Assembly: GCA_965112735.1 (NCBI GenBank)
Contig: OZ218963.1
Location: 3,162,001 to 3,226,000, forward strand
Length of the DNA stretch: 64,000 bases
From: Phaeosaccion multiseriatum
Lineage: Eukaryota; Protista; Ochrophyta, other classes
Reading direction: 5' to 3'
Shown: in pieces, positions 34,654-46,800 of the stretch
How positions within the stretch are numbered: the first letter of the stretch is position 1
How the letters are laid out: the number at the start of each line of letters is the position of its first letter
Translations under genes and position numbers: made by a program
The notes under the pieces: model-generated
Databases searched by the model: none
Told to the model about the DNA's origin: nothing
The model's input: the letters and a program-made list of their open reading frames with translations, nothing else

Positions 34654-37600
34654 AAGGCACAGTTTAGTACTCATGTTCTCGACTGTATATACAGGAGCAG
34701 GCATACTCCACAGCCTGACTACACGCATGCCCGAACTCACACCGCTTCCCCTCATTTCCCTTCGTATCTCCCCTTTCCCCCACCGCCACTTACTCTTTCG
34801 CCTACTCCTCGGCCCTCTTCCGCCCAGTCACTTCCATGCCTCCTCGTCAACCACTTCGAACCAACCAATCAGATTTCCTCGCACAACACTCATATGACCT
34901 TCCTAGCACAAGCGGTGAACTCCACGCTCCCAACGCACCAGCAGCATTCGAAGTTGCACAAGTGTCCCCGTCATGGCGTGGCGTGTGTTGCAATGCCCTC
35001 TTCACCTCCTCGTACGGCACAATTGTGGGCAAATTCTCTTCGTCAATCAGCGCCATTGCTGCGACAGACTCCCGTCGTAGCTCCACCCCTCCCGCTCCCC
35101 GTCCCCCTGCTGCTGCTGGCGTTCCACAACCAAGGCCCATCTCATCATCGTCGTCATCATCCTCTCCCTGTCCTGCTCTCTGCTCTTGTTCACCACGGCC
35201 AGAAGGTGCTGAAGAGGGTTTGTGGGCGGTGGCCAAGAAGGGCAGCAGTGTGACACCGAACCTGTTCTGCACAAAGGTCAGAAGGAGCTTGGCCGATGCA
35301 GTCAGCCCTGCACGGTTCTGGCTCTGCTGCTTTTGCACAGTGGAGGTGCGGGAAAGAGAGGGAAAGGGACCAAGAGAGAGAGAGAGAGAGAGAGGGAGAG
35401 AGGGAGAGAGGTAGGGGGCAGAAACACGCGTGAGGGACATTGCCTAGCAGAACGAGTCTAGGGTGCGCAAAAACTAGCGCAGCTTTCAAGGTCAACTGCA
35501 ATATAACTGAGGCTGAGGAACCCTTCAGTCTTTGCAATGCACTCGAACCTGTTGCAGTGGTCGTTCTTGCTCCTGCTGCTGCTGTGGCTGCGGCTGTGGC
35601 TGCTCCACGAGGAGAGTCTCGAACAGAGCGCCAAGGGAGGAGGAGAGAAAGTTGTGCCTGGACAGATCGGAGAGGAAAAAGTCTTCCGGCACAGCCTCCA
35701 GCTGGGCGTGGAGCACACACAGTGCCTAAAGAAAGTCAGGAGGGGGTTAGGGTTTGGGGGGGAAGTGCCAATGTTGAGAAAGCGCATCCTGTGCGAGGTG
35801 ACCTCTCTGCACTTGCCACTCACATGAGTCGTTTCCACAATCAGTTCACGTCTCTCAAGACCCCTCAAAGCCAAAACATGTCATCACCGCCCTGCATCAA
35901 TTGCAACCGAATCGTCAACCCCGCCGCCCCCTCCCTCTCTCGTCCTCACCTCGACGAAGAACGCCTCCTGCTGAGGCTGCAGCAGAAACTCGTCGCTGGT
36001 GCACAGGACTGAGGCAAGCTCTTGCCAGCGTCGCAGCGATGGCAGCGACATGAGCAGCAGGAAGAGCAAAAAGGAGAGCTGAAGCTCGCCCAGCACAGCC
36101 TCCTCCCCCCCTCCCCCCCCGGGAGACGTCCTGGCCCTGGATAGGAGGGCTTTGAGCTGCCAGGTCTTGTCCATGTGGAGCCGGGTGATATCCCCGGCCA
36201 CGCAAACGCCGCCGTGGTCCCGAGGAGGGGGGGTGGCCAAGAGCATGAAGGAGGGAGCCCTTCCCTCCCCGAGCGGAAGGCCTTCCCCCATGAAGGTCTT
36301 GGAGCTGCTTCCGCTACCCCTGACTTCCTTGCTGTCTGAGGAGGGGGCTCCGCCTTCCATTCCGTGCGGCGGCTTCGCAGCAGAGGACAGGCCAGCAGCG
36401 GCAGCAGCAGTAATGGTGACTTCATCATCGGCGTCTGAGTCGGACTGCACAATCTTTCCACCGATCTGAAGCCCTGCCCTTAGCAGCGTCTCTGCGGAGA
36501 TGTGCGAGGTCAGGGCTGCCCAGGTCTGTTCCCCGCCCCCACCGAAAGCGCCACTCCCGTTGACAGAAGCCATATGCTGCGGCGGCGGCGGCGGCGGCTG
36601 CTGCTGCTCGCGCTCGCTTGTGTCATGTGCCTGCTGTACTGCGGAGGAGTAGGCGGCGAGGTTGGCGTCGAGTTGCAGCCCGACCACCGCATTTCGCAAC
36701 TCCTCCAAAGATCCCTGCAAGTTCAAGCACGCACGCACGCACGGGGGGGGATGGGGGCATTAAGGAGTTGAGAAGAGCTGCTCCAAGCCTCCCTTTATGT
36801 CTTACACGAACGGTTCCACACGCCCTGGTCTGCTCTCTCCTCCCCATTCCCGCCCTCGCCTCTTCTGCAAGTATAAACAAGAGAGATTTTTTATAGTCGA
36901 ATGCCCAAGGAGGTGTGAGGAGTATCTCTTCTACGCATGGGAATCATCGGTGGGATTTGGTGTAAGAACTGGCACCTCTTCTCGCGAGCCCTACAACGTC
37001 TGTCAAGTGCTGCCAGGACTCCCTCCCCTGGACGCACCTCGGGTAGCATTTCCTCCCCAGGCTGCAACTCCTCCAGCCCCTTGTCCCACTCAAATACGGC
37101 AACGTCTCCGGCGCTAAGTTGCATCCAATACCCTTGTCTGCGCGCGTCAAGGAAGAGGAAGAGAGAGGCAAGAGGGCGCAAATAGCTTTAGCGTAGTATG
37201 GTTCACACACGAGGTTGCAAGGCGCTTATAGCTTTGTCACTCTCAAGTTCTAAGTTTTGTTACAAAGAGAGGCATGAGCTCCTCAACACAGTCCCCTGAG
37301 TTGATTGTGCTCCGGCAACCGAAGTTCTCCCTCTACCAAACAAACCCCCCACGTAAGTCCTCTACGCAAGAGACGTTCGGGGTCCTTTCAGAGAATAGGT
37401 CTATCACTTGCCTGTGTCCCGAGTGCCCTTCCCTGCCATAGGTTAGGAGGTGGAGGCCCGGGGGGATGAGTTTCATGCCCTTGAACAAAGGGCCGACCTA
37501 GAGAAAAAGAGAGGGGGGGTGGGGGGCGGGGGCTGAGGAGGAGGAAGAGAGACGACAAAGAGGGTTGGGAAAGGGAGAACACGTTTCGGGGCGAGGGAGG

Positions 37601-37986
37601 GTGGGGCGGGTCCAGCCTCCTCCTGGCAACTCGCGCAAAGAGCACCACATTCCCCTCGCCCGGCCGGGTCGCCCGAGAATAGTCCCAGCACGTCAAAAAT
37701 ATGACTCCAGAAGCACATATGCAAAGTGAGAAGAGAGGGACAGCGTGGGTACCTTGTGCAGGGTGAGGTCGAATCCAAAGAGCATCCCCTCCGGAAGATT
37801 GAGCACCACCACATAGGCCGAGCTCGCCAGCGCCGCCGCAGCTCTACTCGTCGCGGCTGCATTGCTCCCGCTGCTGCGGACACTGGCCGTCATTTGGGAG
37901 GACCGGCGGGGGCAAGCATTAGGAACTGGCTGTGAGGGTTGAGAGGAGTGGAGCACCAACGGGCCCGCCGGACATGTCCCCTGCAT
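34096..37986 (-). CDS. AAR2: AAR2 U5 snRNP assembly factor
   Basis: Exons give VVVLNLPEGMLFGFDLTLHK / VGPLFKGMKLIPPGLHLLTY / RQGYWMQL..VFEWDKGLEEL / LDANLAAY / MDKTWQL...VLGELQLSFLLFL...RRWQEL / LHAQLEAVPEDFF..NFL / EENLPTIV. The start (37986 or a downstream Met) and the last two exons (FPMLHAAVRAGED / VMMAAARILEE...stop 34096) are less certain; the alternative stop is at 34847. Confidence 0.85.
34551..34652. repeat. (AAC/AGC)n microsatellite
   Basis: Directly visible. Confidence 0.92.
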
Positions 37987-38239
37987 TCCCTCACAGCACA
38001 GCTTCTTTTACAGCACTGAGCTTCTGAGGACATCTTCTGAGCTTAGCAAAAACCATGTCCCCCCGCCCCCCCCCACAGCACAGCTTCTAAGGTGATTCAG
38101 TAAATAAGTCATCACCCACAAAAAAAAAAGCGCTTGCTCATGATGATGTTCTCCCCATGTCTTTACCCAAGGTGAGAGAGAAGGAAAGAATTGGCACACT
38201 CCCCACCTCCTTCTCCTCCTCACCCCCCTCCTCTTGCTA

Positions 38240-39220
38240 CACAGCGACACGGAGGAGAAGTTCTTACCATGCTTGCTCGAAAGCGACGTGTTGGTCGACC
38301 TCGAACGGAAGCACGATCAGGTATGTAGAGCACGCTCGTCCAGAAAGGAGGGTCTCATCGAATAATATCCTTCTTCTGTTCGCAACGCTTCCTCCTTGTC
38401 CAGGAGCTACAGGCGGTGAGAGAGAAAAAACTGGGTCCCTCCACCATCGGTGAGAAAGGCTCGGTACTGGTGCTGCTGGTGCTACTCCTCTTGCTGTAAT
38501 TTCTCATCACCCCTCCTCGCCTGCCTTTGCTCTCTGCCCTCTGCGAAGGTTTGGATGACGCCCAGGCGAAGAAGGCAGGTGAGACCAATCCTGCTGCCCC
38601 GTCCAGACTCCTTATGATGGTGCTGCTGCACTAACCACCCAACTCTTGCGGTCCTTGCGCTTCGACGGTCGCAGCTCTGGGGACGGGCAGGGTTCCGCCT
38701 TCGCCCTACTTTCTCCCATCTCGCCGACTGGAAAGCTCGCGCAGTAGAGGCGCACCGGCTCACGTGGCAAGCCAGTCTGTGGTAAGGAAGAGAATGGGTG
38801 CCTGTCCTCTAGAGGAGGGGATGCTCTTGTGGATCCTCGTCCAATGAGGAGTGAATGGGGGGAATGTGCTGAGTCGGGGAGAGCGGTAGCGAAGGACGGA
38901 TGAGCAAGTGGAGAACTCCCGTCCGACCGCGTACCATCAGAGGCTTATGTGGGAGCCTATATTGCTCCCTCCTTCATCACCCCCTCTTCTTTTGTCCACT
39001 CCTTGCGCAATGGTGCGGGGCTGCTACCAACCCCCCCTCCGACTTTAGGCGGAGGCCGATGATGATGCCTCCGTGTCCGATGACATCAGCATCTCGGATT
39101 GAGGGATTAAGGAAGACCTCTCTGCAATGAAGTTGGCTGCACCGGACCAAGTATTGCAGTATTGACGAGGGAGGAGTATATCGCTCGTCCCTCTTCGGCT
39201 TTGGGCGCGGAAGGCCCTCC
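38240..39220 (+). pseudogene. Possible decayed multi-exon gene
   Basis: Short AG...GT-bounded segments translate as DTEEKFLPCLLESDVLVDLERKHDQ, GLDDAQAKKA, AEADDDASVSDDISISD*GIKEDLSAMKLAAPDQVLQY* with in-frame stops. Confidence 0.25.
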
Positions 39221-39889
39221 ACCGAACATGTCATCTCTCTCCCTCGAGTCTGCGCCGCGAGTGCCCCGCAGCGTGTGCAAATGATCGCCGTTGCTGTATC
39301 GTAAGGCACCAGCTTAGATAGCACTGTGAGGGCTCGCCACTATAGTGAAGCAGCAGCAGCAGCAGCAGGAGGAGGAGGAGCGTCGAGTACAATCGCCGAC
39401 AGCAGCCGCAGCAGCAGCATGTGTGAGGGCAGAGAGCAGGACTAAGGATGGATAGAACTGCGGCTGGCTCCCCTTGACGGGTGGAAGGCACCCCCCGCTC
39501 CACCGCCGGGAACAAAGATGACGGGGGAAGGACGGAAGCCATTGTCGCGGAAGCGTTCCTCCCGAGCTTACTGAATCAAAAAAATTTACGATGGTGTAAG
39601 CCTCTTGCTTGTCCCACTTCTGTACAACGGCCCTCTCAGATGATATTTTCGTGGTTAGTGATAAACGTCTGCTACGTGGGATGCGGAGAGGAACGTCTGC
39701 GTAACTCTTAATCGCGTGCCCCTCGTGCCGAACCGCCAGGCACCCCTGTCCTCTAAGCACCAGCCGCATCTCAAACTCACAGGGGAGGTGGAAAGGGTCT
39801 GAGCTCTTGCTCAAAAGCTAAGCCTTTAGGGTTCCTTCATTCTGGAGAGTGCAGAGCAGCGCACGCCTAGAGAGGGCATAACCATACCG

Positions 39890-41862
39890 TCACGAGAGGA
39901 CACACTTGTCGGCCACACTGCCTCTGTGAGCCCCTGCCCCACTCGCCCCGCCCCCGTGCTCTCTCTCCACGTGCTCCACCAAAGCCACGGGGTCGCTTAA
40001 GTCAACTTCACAGTAGGGACAGCCCCCCCCACCACTTCTCCGCCTGCCCACACCACCACCTCCTCCTCCTTCCCCCCCTGTCACTACTGTTTGAGCCTCC
40101 GCGAGATAGGAGTGAGCACTTGGGTCGGCAGGGTGGTGGGCCTCTACGTGTGCGATGAGGGTGTGAACGTCCGCAAAACGAATGGCGCAGTGGGGACAAA
40201 CCTGTGTGTCGAGGAGGAAGCGAGCGAGCGAGAGAGAGAGAGAGACAGGAGAGAGAGAGAGGGAGAAGAGAGACAGAGAGAGAGCGGGTCAGGTCACAGT
40301 CGCTGGGTATCATCACCTCTCGATTCACATACGTAATCTATAGGTTGATTCCTATCAATCGATAAATGACCCTCCAGCCGGCTCGCGATGGAACGAACGA
40401 ACGTATCCTCGCACTTCCGTCAGAGTAACCGTTGCTCTGACAGACACCTAAAAGGCGATTGGCGTAATTCAGGGCGACGAATGTTACCAAAGACTCTGAG
40501 GGTCTTACTGCACTCCCCTTGCCCACTGCTACCCGGGGCGCGTAACAACTCCGCGATGGAGGCACTTTGTGGGGGGGGGAGGGGCCCTTTGGGCTACAAG
40601 ACACCCATATGTAATGCCCTGCCATAATCTGAAACTGATGGGGGTTGCAGAAGCCAACGAGGCCACCATTCGACTTGTCTTGACGAGGGCACACGATGCA
40701 CATGTTCAAAGTCGCTAAAATCGTTGGTGGAAAGGGGGAGGGGGGGGTAGTGTAGGTGTCTCTAAAACGAGGCGAAAAACGAGCGTATCTGTTAGGTCTT
40801 ACATCCAAAGGGTGAATATCGCGGCCGAAGAACTTACTCACCTCGCCTCCGGAAGCAGCATCGTTGCTCATTTGTTGTCTTTTGTTGGCGGTGCCTTTTA
40901 CTGTATTGGGCGCGTCAGCACCATTGGCAGTGCGCATCTGCTGCCGCTGCCGCTGCTTCTGTTGCCTCTCTCTCACAGACGGGATTCGACGCTGCTTCAT
41001 ATTTTCACCCGTGGTGCTGCTGCTGCTCCCTGCCCCGCTCCCTGGGCATTTGTGACTGTCTGCGAAGCGATGCGAGAGGCAAACATCCTGCCCACAGCTT
41101 TTGCCTGGGACGCAAAAGGCCAAACAGAGATGAAGTGGCGCCGTCCGTCAGTCTGGCGCTTTAGAGAGACAGGGCATCTTGCTGGGGAACACAAAATGGA
41201 AACACCAAGTACATGCAAAGCATTCCCCCCTCTCTCCTCCTTTTATCCCCTTCTACTCACATCTGTGGCTGTTGGACAATCCTAGCACCTCTCTACATCC
41301 GCTGGCGGCACACCTCTTCTTCCTGTTGATACCGTCAAACCCCTCCGGGCGCTGGCAAGCCGTCCTGCCATATGTCACCACCGTGCACCACCGTTAGTGT
41401 TCTCCACGTAGCACATGGTACATGTACGCACACGCACGCACATACATATACACGCAGAAAAAGATAGGGACGGAGAGAGAGGAAGACGAGAAGAGAGGCA
41501 GAGAGATGGCGAGAAGGAGGTCTGCACACCTGGAGTGCGCCTCCCATACGGTGTTGGGGTCTTGATTGTCAGCAAGCTTGATGGTCTTCCCACACAGGGG
41601 GCAGCTAATGGCACGGAAGTCCTGGGGGGAGGGCGGCAGAAGGAGTGTAGCGGAGCTTAGACGCAACGTGCGAGGTTGTGCACAGTGCAGCAATAAGCTG
41701 GGTCGAGGACTTGAGTCACCCATTTAGCACCTTCTGGCCCGCAGCGGGGCAGGAGTGGCTTCCGTACGCCCGGTGCGCGAGGCAAAACAGCGAGTCGCAG
41801 CAATCGCACTTGAAGGGCAGGAAGTCCTGCGGTACACACAAACACACACGCACACACACAGA

Positions 41863-41906
<44 letters not shown>

Positions 41907-42219
41907 AATTCCACGGCACAGTTGAAGAGAGCAGGGGGGTGGATACAGGCAGTAGGGACAAGCGCGGCGGGAGGAGAGGTGATTGTGATATTCATCACCA
42001 CGGGGCGAGATGGCGACGAGCGAAACAGAGTTACGCCGAACAAACACAGATCTTCTTACCTTCTGATTGCATGTTTCCACTGCGCTGAGAAAGGTCAAAT
42101 CAGGACCGAGGAGGAGGGGGGGGATGGGATTGAGATGGATGTCGGCGAAGGGGCTATTCGCAACGATGAGGGCTGGAAGGTACGCACCAATGAGAGCCGA
42201 GATCCGAAAACTCGGTCAT
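39890..42219 (-). CDS. AN1-AN1-C2H2-C2H2 zinc-finger protein (ZFAND2/AIRAP, SAP11/13-like) with CaaX box
   Basis: MTEFSDLGSHC/AVETCNQK/DFLPFKCDCCDSLFCLAHRAYGSHSC / CPLCGKTI...VWEAH / CAASGCREVL..C/KSCGQDVCLSHRFADSHKC / two C2H2 fingers (e.g. CPYC...LVEHVEREH) and C-terminal CVLS*. Confidence 0.9.
41833..41906. repeat. Compound (CA)n(GA)n microsatellite in an intron
   Basis: Directly visible. Confidence 0.9.
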
Positions 42220-42623
42220 TGACAGGCTTCCTCTCACAAGGCAATCTAACACGTAGCGAGTGTCATTCTGGTCATGCTATGGCTGATACACCCTTACTGA
42301 GAGAGCGTTGCTTGGACATGACGAACAGAGAGAGTCAGGGAAAAAAGAAAGAGAAGGACAGCTGTGAGTCATACGTATACCCAGTTCCTACTCGCTCGCT
42401 CCTCCTCTCATTGGCATTGGCAACTGCTGTAGCTTGTGGCCTCGCCGAGGAGCAACCTATGGAGCAGATGTGGGGATTGGGATTGATTGATTATTTATAT
42501 TATTATCGTAAACGCGTACCACCTTTGAAGTGGACGAAGTGGTGCACAATGCGTGGGTGCGTGCGTGGTTTTGTTGACATAATCGTTTTTTACTTTTTGC
42601 CCTCCCTGAACCCTCAGCTCACC

Positions 42624-43643
42624 ATGGCTCGCTTCAGGGCTTTCAGCAGCGCGCTGCCGCGAGGGTTGGGCACCAGTGATGGTCCTCGTGCCCATGCGAC
42701 TTGCCTCAGTCGTTCAAAACCGCTCTTGCGGCAGCGACAGCACACCTCCGCTCCCTCTTTTTCTTCTGGTCGTGCGGCTTCTTGCTGTGTGGCATGGCAA
42801 GATGGGGGCAAGGATCTCCGCCCACGGCGTGTTTGCAAGGTAGTCAACGTAGAAGATCGGTTGGTTCCCTACACTGAAGCGTGGGGCTGGCAGCGAGCTC
42901 TGGTGGCAGAGAAAATGGCATGGCAGCGCACCCAGCCCCCCGAGCCGGGGCACGACACGCTCTTGATGTTGGAACACCCCTCAGTCTACACCCTGGGGAG
43001 AAAAGCGACTCTGCGCAATCTCAAGTTTGACCCTCAGGAGCGCCACCACGTGGCAGGAGCGGAGGAACTACGGGGAATGAAGGAGAGTCGACAAGAGCAG
43101 CAGCCACAGCCTGGAGAGGTGATACGTGTGGATAGAGGGGGCGAAGTGACGTGGCACGGGCCAGGGCAGTTGGTTTGCTATCCCCTACTAGACCTAAACT
43201 ACCATGCGAGAGACCTGCATTGGTACCTCCGCATGCTGGAGGAAGTCATCATCCAGACCTTGCACAAGAGTGGTCTCCACGGCGAGAGAAACGAGGGCAA
43301 CACAGGGGTATGGGTAGGTGGAGCCAAGTACGCAGCAATTGGCCTCAACGCTTCCAGATGGGTGTCCATGCACGGATTCTCAATCAATGTGGCCCCGGAC
43401 ATGCAATTCTTTGGCCACATTGTGCCATGTGGCATCGCAGACAAGCCCGTGGGCTGCATGTGCAGGGGGCGACACGGTGGGGGGAGTGAGCACGAGGGCG
43501 GCGGACCGCGCGACGTGACGATGGACAAGGTTCGGGCAGACGTGTTGCAGAGCTTTCAAGACGTCTTTGGAGTCGACCTGGAAGTGAGCTCAGTGGCGGC
43601 GATCGCTCCACCGTCTCCTGCTCCGCCCGTGCTCCCCGTTTAG
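42624..43643 (+). CDS. lipB: Octanoyltransferase LipB/LIP2 (lipoate biosynthesis), intronless CDS, organelle-targeted
   Basis: PYTEAWGWQ, LLMLEHPSVYTLGR, DRGGEVTWHGPGQLVCYP, TGVWV, KYAAIG, HGFSINV, IVPCGI. Arg/Ser/Ala-rich N-terminus from MARFRAFSSALPRG. Confidence 0.94.
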   Translation: MARFRAFSSALPRGLGTSDGPRAHATCLSRSKPLLRQRQHTSAPSFSSGRAASCCVAWQDGGKDLRPRRVCKVVNVEDRLVPYTEAWGWQRALVAEKMAWQRTQPPEPGHDTLLMLEHPSVYTLGRKATLRNLKFDPQERHHVAGAEELRGMKESRQEQQPQPGEVIRVDRGGEVTWHGPGQLVCYPLLDLNYHARDLHWYLRMLEEVIIQTLHKSGLHGERNEGNTGVWVGGAKYAAIGLNASRWVSMHGFSINVAPDMQFFGHIVPCGIADKPVGCMCRGRHGGGSEHEGGGPRDVTMDKVRADVLQSFQDVFGVDLEVSSVAAIAPPSPAPPVLPV

Positions 43644-43838
43644 ACGTGATTCAATCACCGCACACATCAGTAAATACAAGCACTCAATCCAGACATGTTC
43701 TTCAAAGTAATTACATTAGGGGTGCCGGCGGACGACTGAGGGCCATGGCTCTACCTCCTCTTCCCCAGACTTCATGTCTCCCCCTCTCATCGTGCTTGCT
43801 GCATCTGCAGCCCCCCCCCCCTCCGTTGCCACCCATCG

Positions 43839-46800
43839 TCAGTCGTCCTCGTCCTCATCCGAGCTACTGGAGTCGCCGCTACGAGCCCCGAGTGCCTTGA
43901 AAGTGGCCATAGCCAGAGAAGACACCTCGACGCTCTCCCGCCGTACAGTAGGCGTCCGAAAGCTGATGAAGCACTCTGCGCCGTCTGTGGTAGCTGTGCC
44001 GGTGGGTCCGATAACGAACCGCTGCTCAAAATTCCCGGCCACAATGGCGTGAATGTCTCGCTCCTCGTCCTGGGGGTCGCTACTGACGAGCTTGTAGTTC
44101 GTGGAGGCTATGCATCGAACCTGAGCGAGGGTGATACACGTGTGTTTGTGTGTGTTGTGTCGAAACAGAGGGAGGGAGGGCATGCGCTTTCAATGGGGAG
44201 GGAGTACAACACGTAGGACAAGCAGGAAACCATTGGTTTCGAGCTACTCTGAGGCTTATCGGCCCCAATTCGGTTACATGTTTTCTCATCCTGTGAGTTT
44301 GTCAAGCACCCTCGCTCCTTCCCTTACCTCGAGGCAAGAGCAGAAGCCAGCCTCATGCCCCTCGCCCGCCGGGGTCGCCACCAGCGAAGTGCGTGGGGTA
44401 TCGAGGCCGTCAGAGTCACCCCATTCCTCGTGGAGGTGAGCGCTGAAATTGGACGCCAACTCCGTAACTGCTGCCTCAGATACAGACAGTGAACTGCCGC
44501 CGTTCGTGCTGCTCTCAGTGCCGGCGGCAATCACCAGCCGACTAGGTGTGGAGGATGCCGTAACCTCGCTCAGCGTTGAAGGCTGATTCCGAGTCGGGCT
44601 CTGGCAAACGTGAGACAAAGAGGCAACCCCCCCCCCCCAAGCCTTCCCCCCACCACTTTGTGGGGCCGTCCTGCCTTCACTGCCGTTGCTTCCTCTGGTG
44701 CTGAGATCGGCAGCAGTATCCACGCTCCGTTCTGCCCCACGTGTCATACTAGTTCCTTGGGAAAGAGGGGACTGTGCCGGCGAAGATGAAAAATCCGTCA
44801 CCTGATGTGCGTAGGGCAGCAAGCAATATGGAGAGGAGATGGCAGAGCACTAAGTGTCAAGTTCCGAGGGGCGCAAATACATGATAAGAAGCATATCATA
44901 GATGGACAAAAAGCATGGCATCCTCACCAAAAGCAACCTGCTCGCTGCCTCCGTACCTTTCGATTTCTTGACCCTCGTCGTCGCAAGGAAGGAAAGCCAG
45001 GCGTGCGTGACGAGAAGGGGGATGATGACGATACAGCTCCTCCTGCAGCCTCTTCATTCCGAAGACCCGACGAGGAGAGAGCCGCAGCCGTCGCGGAGGA
45101 TCCAGGCCCGCACCCTAGCGACCCTCGAGCAGTCGTCGAGCAAGATGGAGCCGCGGCACGGCTGCCTCCCCCGTCTGCGCCCCCCCTAGAGAAAGGGCTG
45201 CTTAGGCCTCCTCCTCCTCCTCCTCCTCCTCCTCCTCCGACTCCGACTCCGAAGGATAGCAGTGACCGAGCCCCGTCCAAAATGACATTGGCCGAAGTTG
45301 CCAAACCGGAGGGCGACCCGTCGCTCGTTCCTTTCCTGCCGCCTCCACCAACACCTCCTCCTCTATCCTTATTCACGGAGAGGGGCGGAGGCATAGACCC
45401 ACTGCTACCGCGGCCTGCTCTAGCAGTACCAGTCCTAGAGACATTCACGTTACTGCTGCTGCTACCGCCGCTGCTGCTGCTGCCGCCGCTGCTGCTGCTG
45501 CTGCTATTGCCGCAGCCACCGGCGTCACCACCCCCACCACCAACACCCCCCCCTGGCCTTGCTGCTACGAAAGGCACTGTGCCCCTTCCCGGTGACGCTG
45601 CAGACACTTCAGCAAGACCACCCCGCCTGCTGATGATGCTGCTGCTGCTGCTACTGCTGCTGTTGCTGTTGTTCCTGTCAAAGCTCTCTCCTGTCAACTT
45701 GTTCTCGTGACTCCCTCGCGGGCCTCTCCGGGCCGACAAGGGATATCTGAATCCCCTCCTGGTCCCGGGGGAGTCAGTCGCAGAGTCTGCTCGGTCCGGC
45801 TCGCTCAGCCGCCTCCTATCTGCGTCTGGGTGAAATCGAAGTTCTGCGGCCCCTGCAGTTATCGACGTTGCTGATCCTGCTCCCCTTCCCGTACCTGCCG
45901 CCCCCGGGCCTCTGCCCCCCCCCTGGTTCCGACCATCCTCCAACTCCTGCTCAGCTTGTAGCCCAGATCCCCCCCCCCTGATCGGTGACATGGGGGGTCG
46001 CCCGGAGGATGAGTGATGGGCGTCGTCATCTGTGTGGTGGCTGCTGCTGCTGTTGCTGACCCGCGGCGGAGACGACTCCGAATTGGGCAGAGCTGCGATG
46101 CTTTCTGCTGCCGCCCCCGGGGGTCTCCTCTTGTCCACTGGCCCTCGAGGCGGCTGCTGCTGGTGCTTGACTAAACGCACCGAAATATCCAGCGGCTCGG
46201 CCACTTGAGACGCCGGAACGAGCACAACCAAATCGTGATTCTTGCACAGATTGTCCACCACCATGTACGTGTCTCCCGCCGAGTTGGTGCGATTGGACGA
46301 CAGCAAGAGGTCTCTGGCGGCCAACAGGGCGTGGCACTCGGCCATGTTGGCGAAATTGTCGCTCAATGGCGCCTTCTTGGCCTCGTCTAGAATACACCCC
46401 ATCAGCGCGCTTACAATGGCCCCCACCCCCCTCTCCTCCCCTTCCAGCACCACTCCGTTGACGCACACTGAGTCGCGTTTCATGTCCTTGAACAGCTGAG
46501 CCAGCTCCACCTTGCCGCGGCGGATACGCTCCCCGCCCGACAATACGTCCATCCCCGACGTGAGGCCAGAGAGGCCCGGGTCGACGTTGCTGACGAGCCT
46601 CACGGGCAGTCTCAGGCCGTCCCGACCAGACTCGGCGATGAAGTGCGCCAAGCGGCTGCTGTACGTCTGCATGTCTGTGGCACTCTGCAAGTGCTCTCGC
46701 ACCTCCAGATACTTTCTAAGGTCCACAGCGTGCCGACTGTCTCCAGGCAAGAGCCGTTCCAAGCTCGTAGACACTCCTCCTGTTGCCTCCGCCTCCTTGC

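Noticed and set aside
41922-42623. N-terminal 234 residues of the 573-aa ORF as part of LipB
   Set aside because: Overlaps the first exons of the AN1 gene on the other strand and spans a likely intron (GTGAGT at 42364 to CAG at 42617); the real start is probably 42624.
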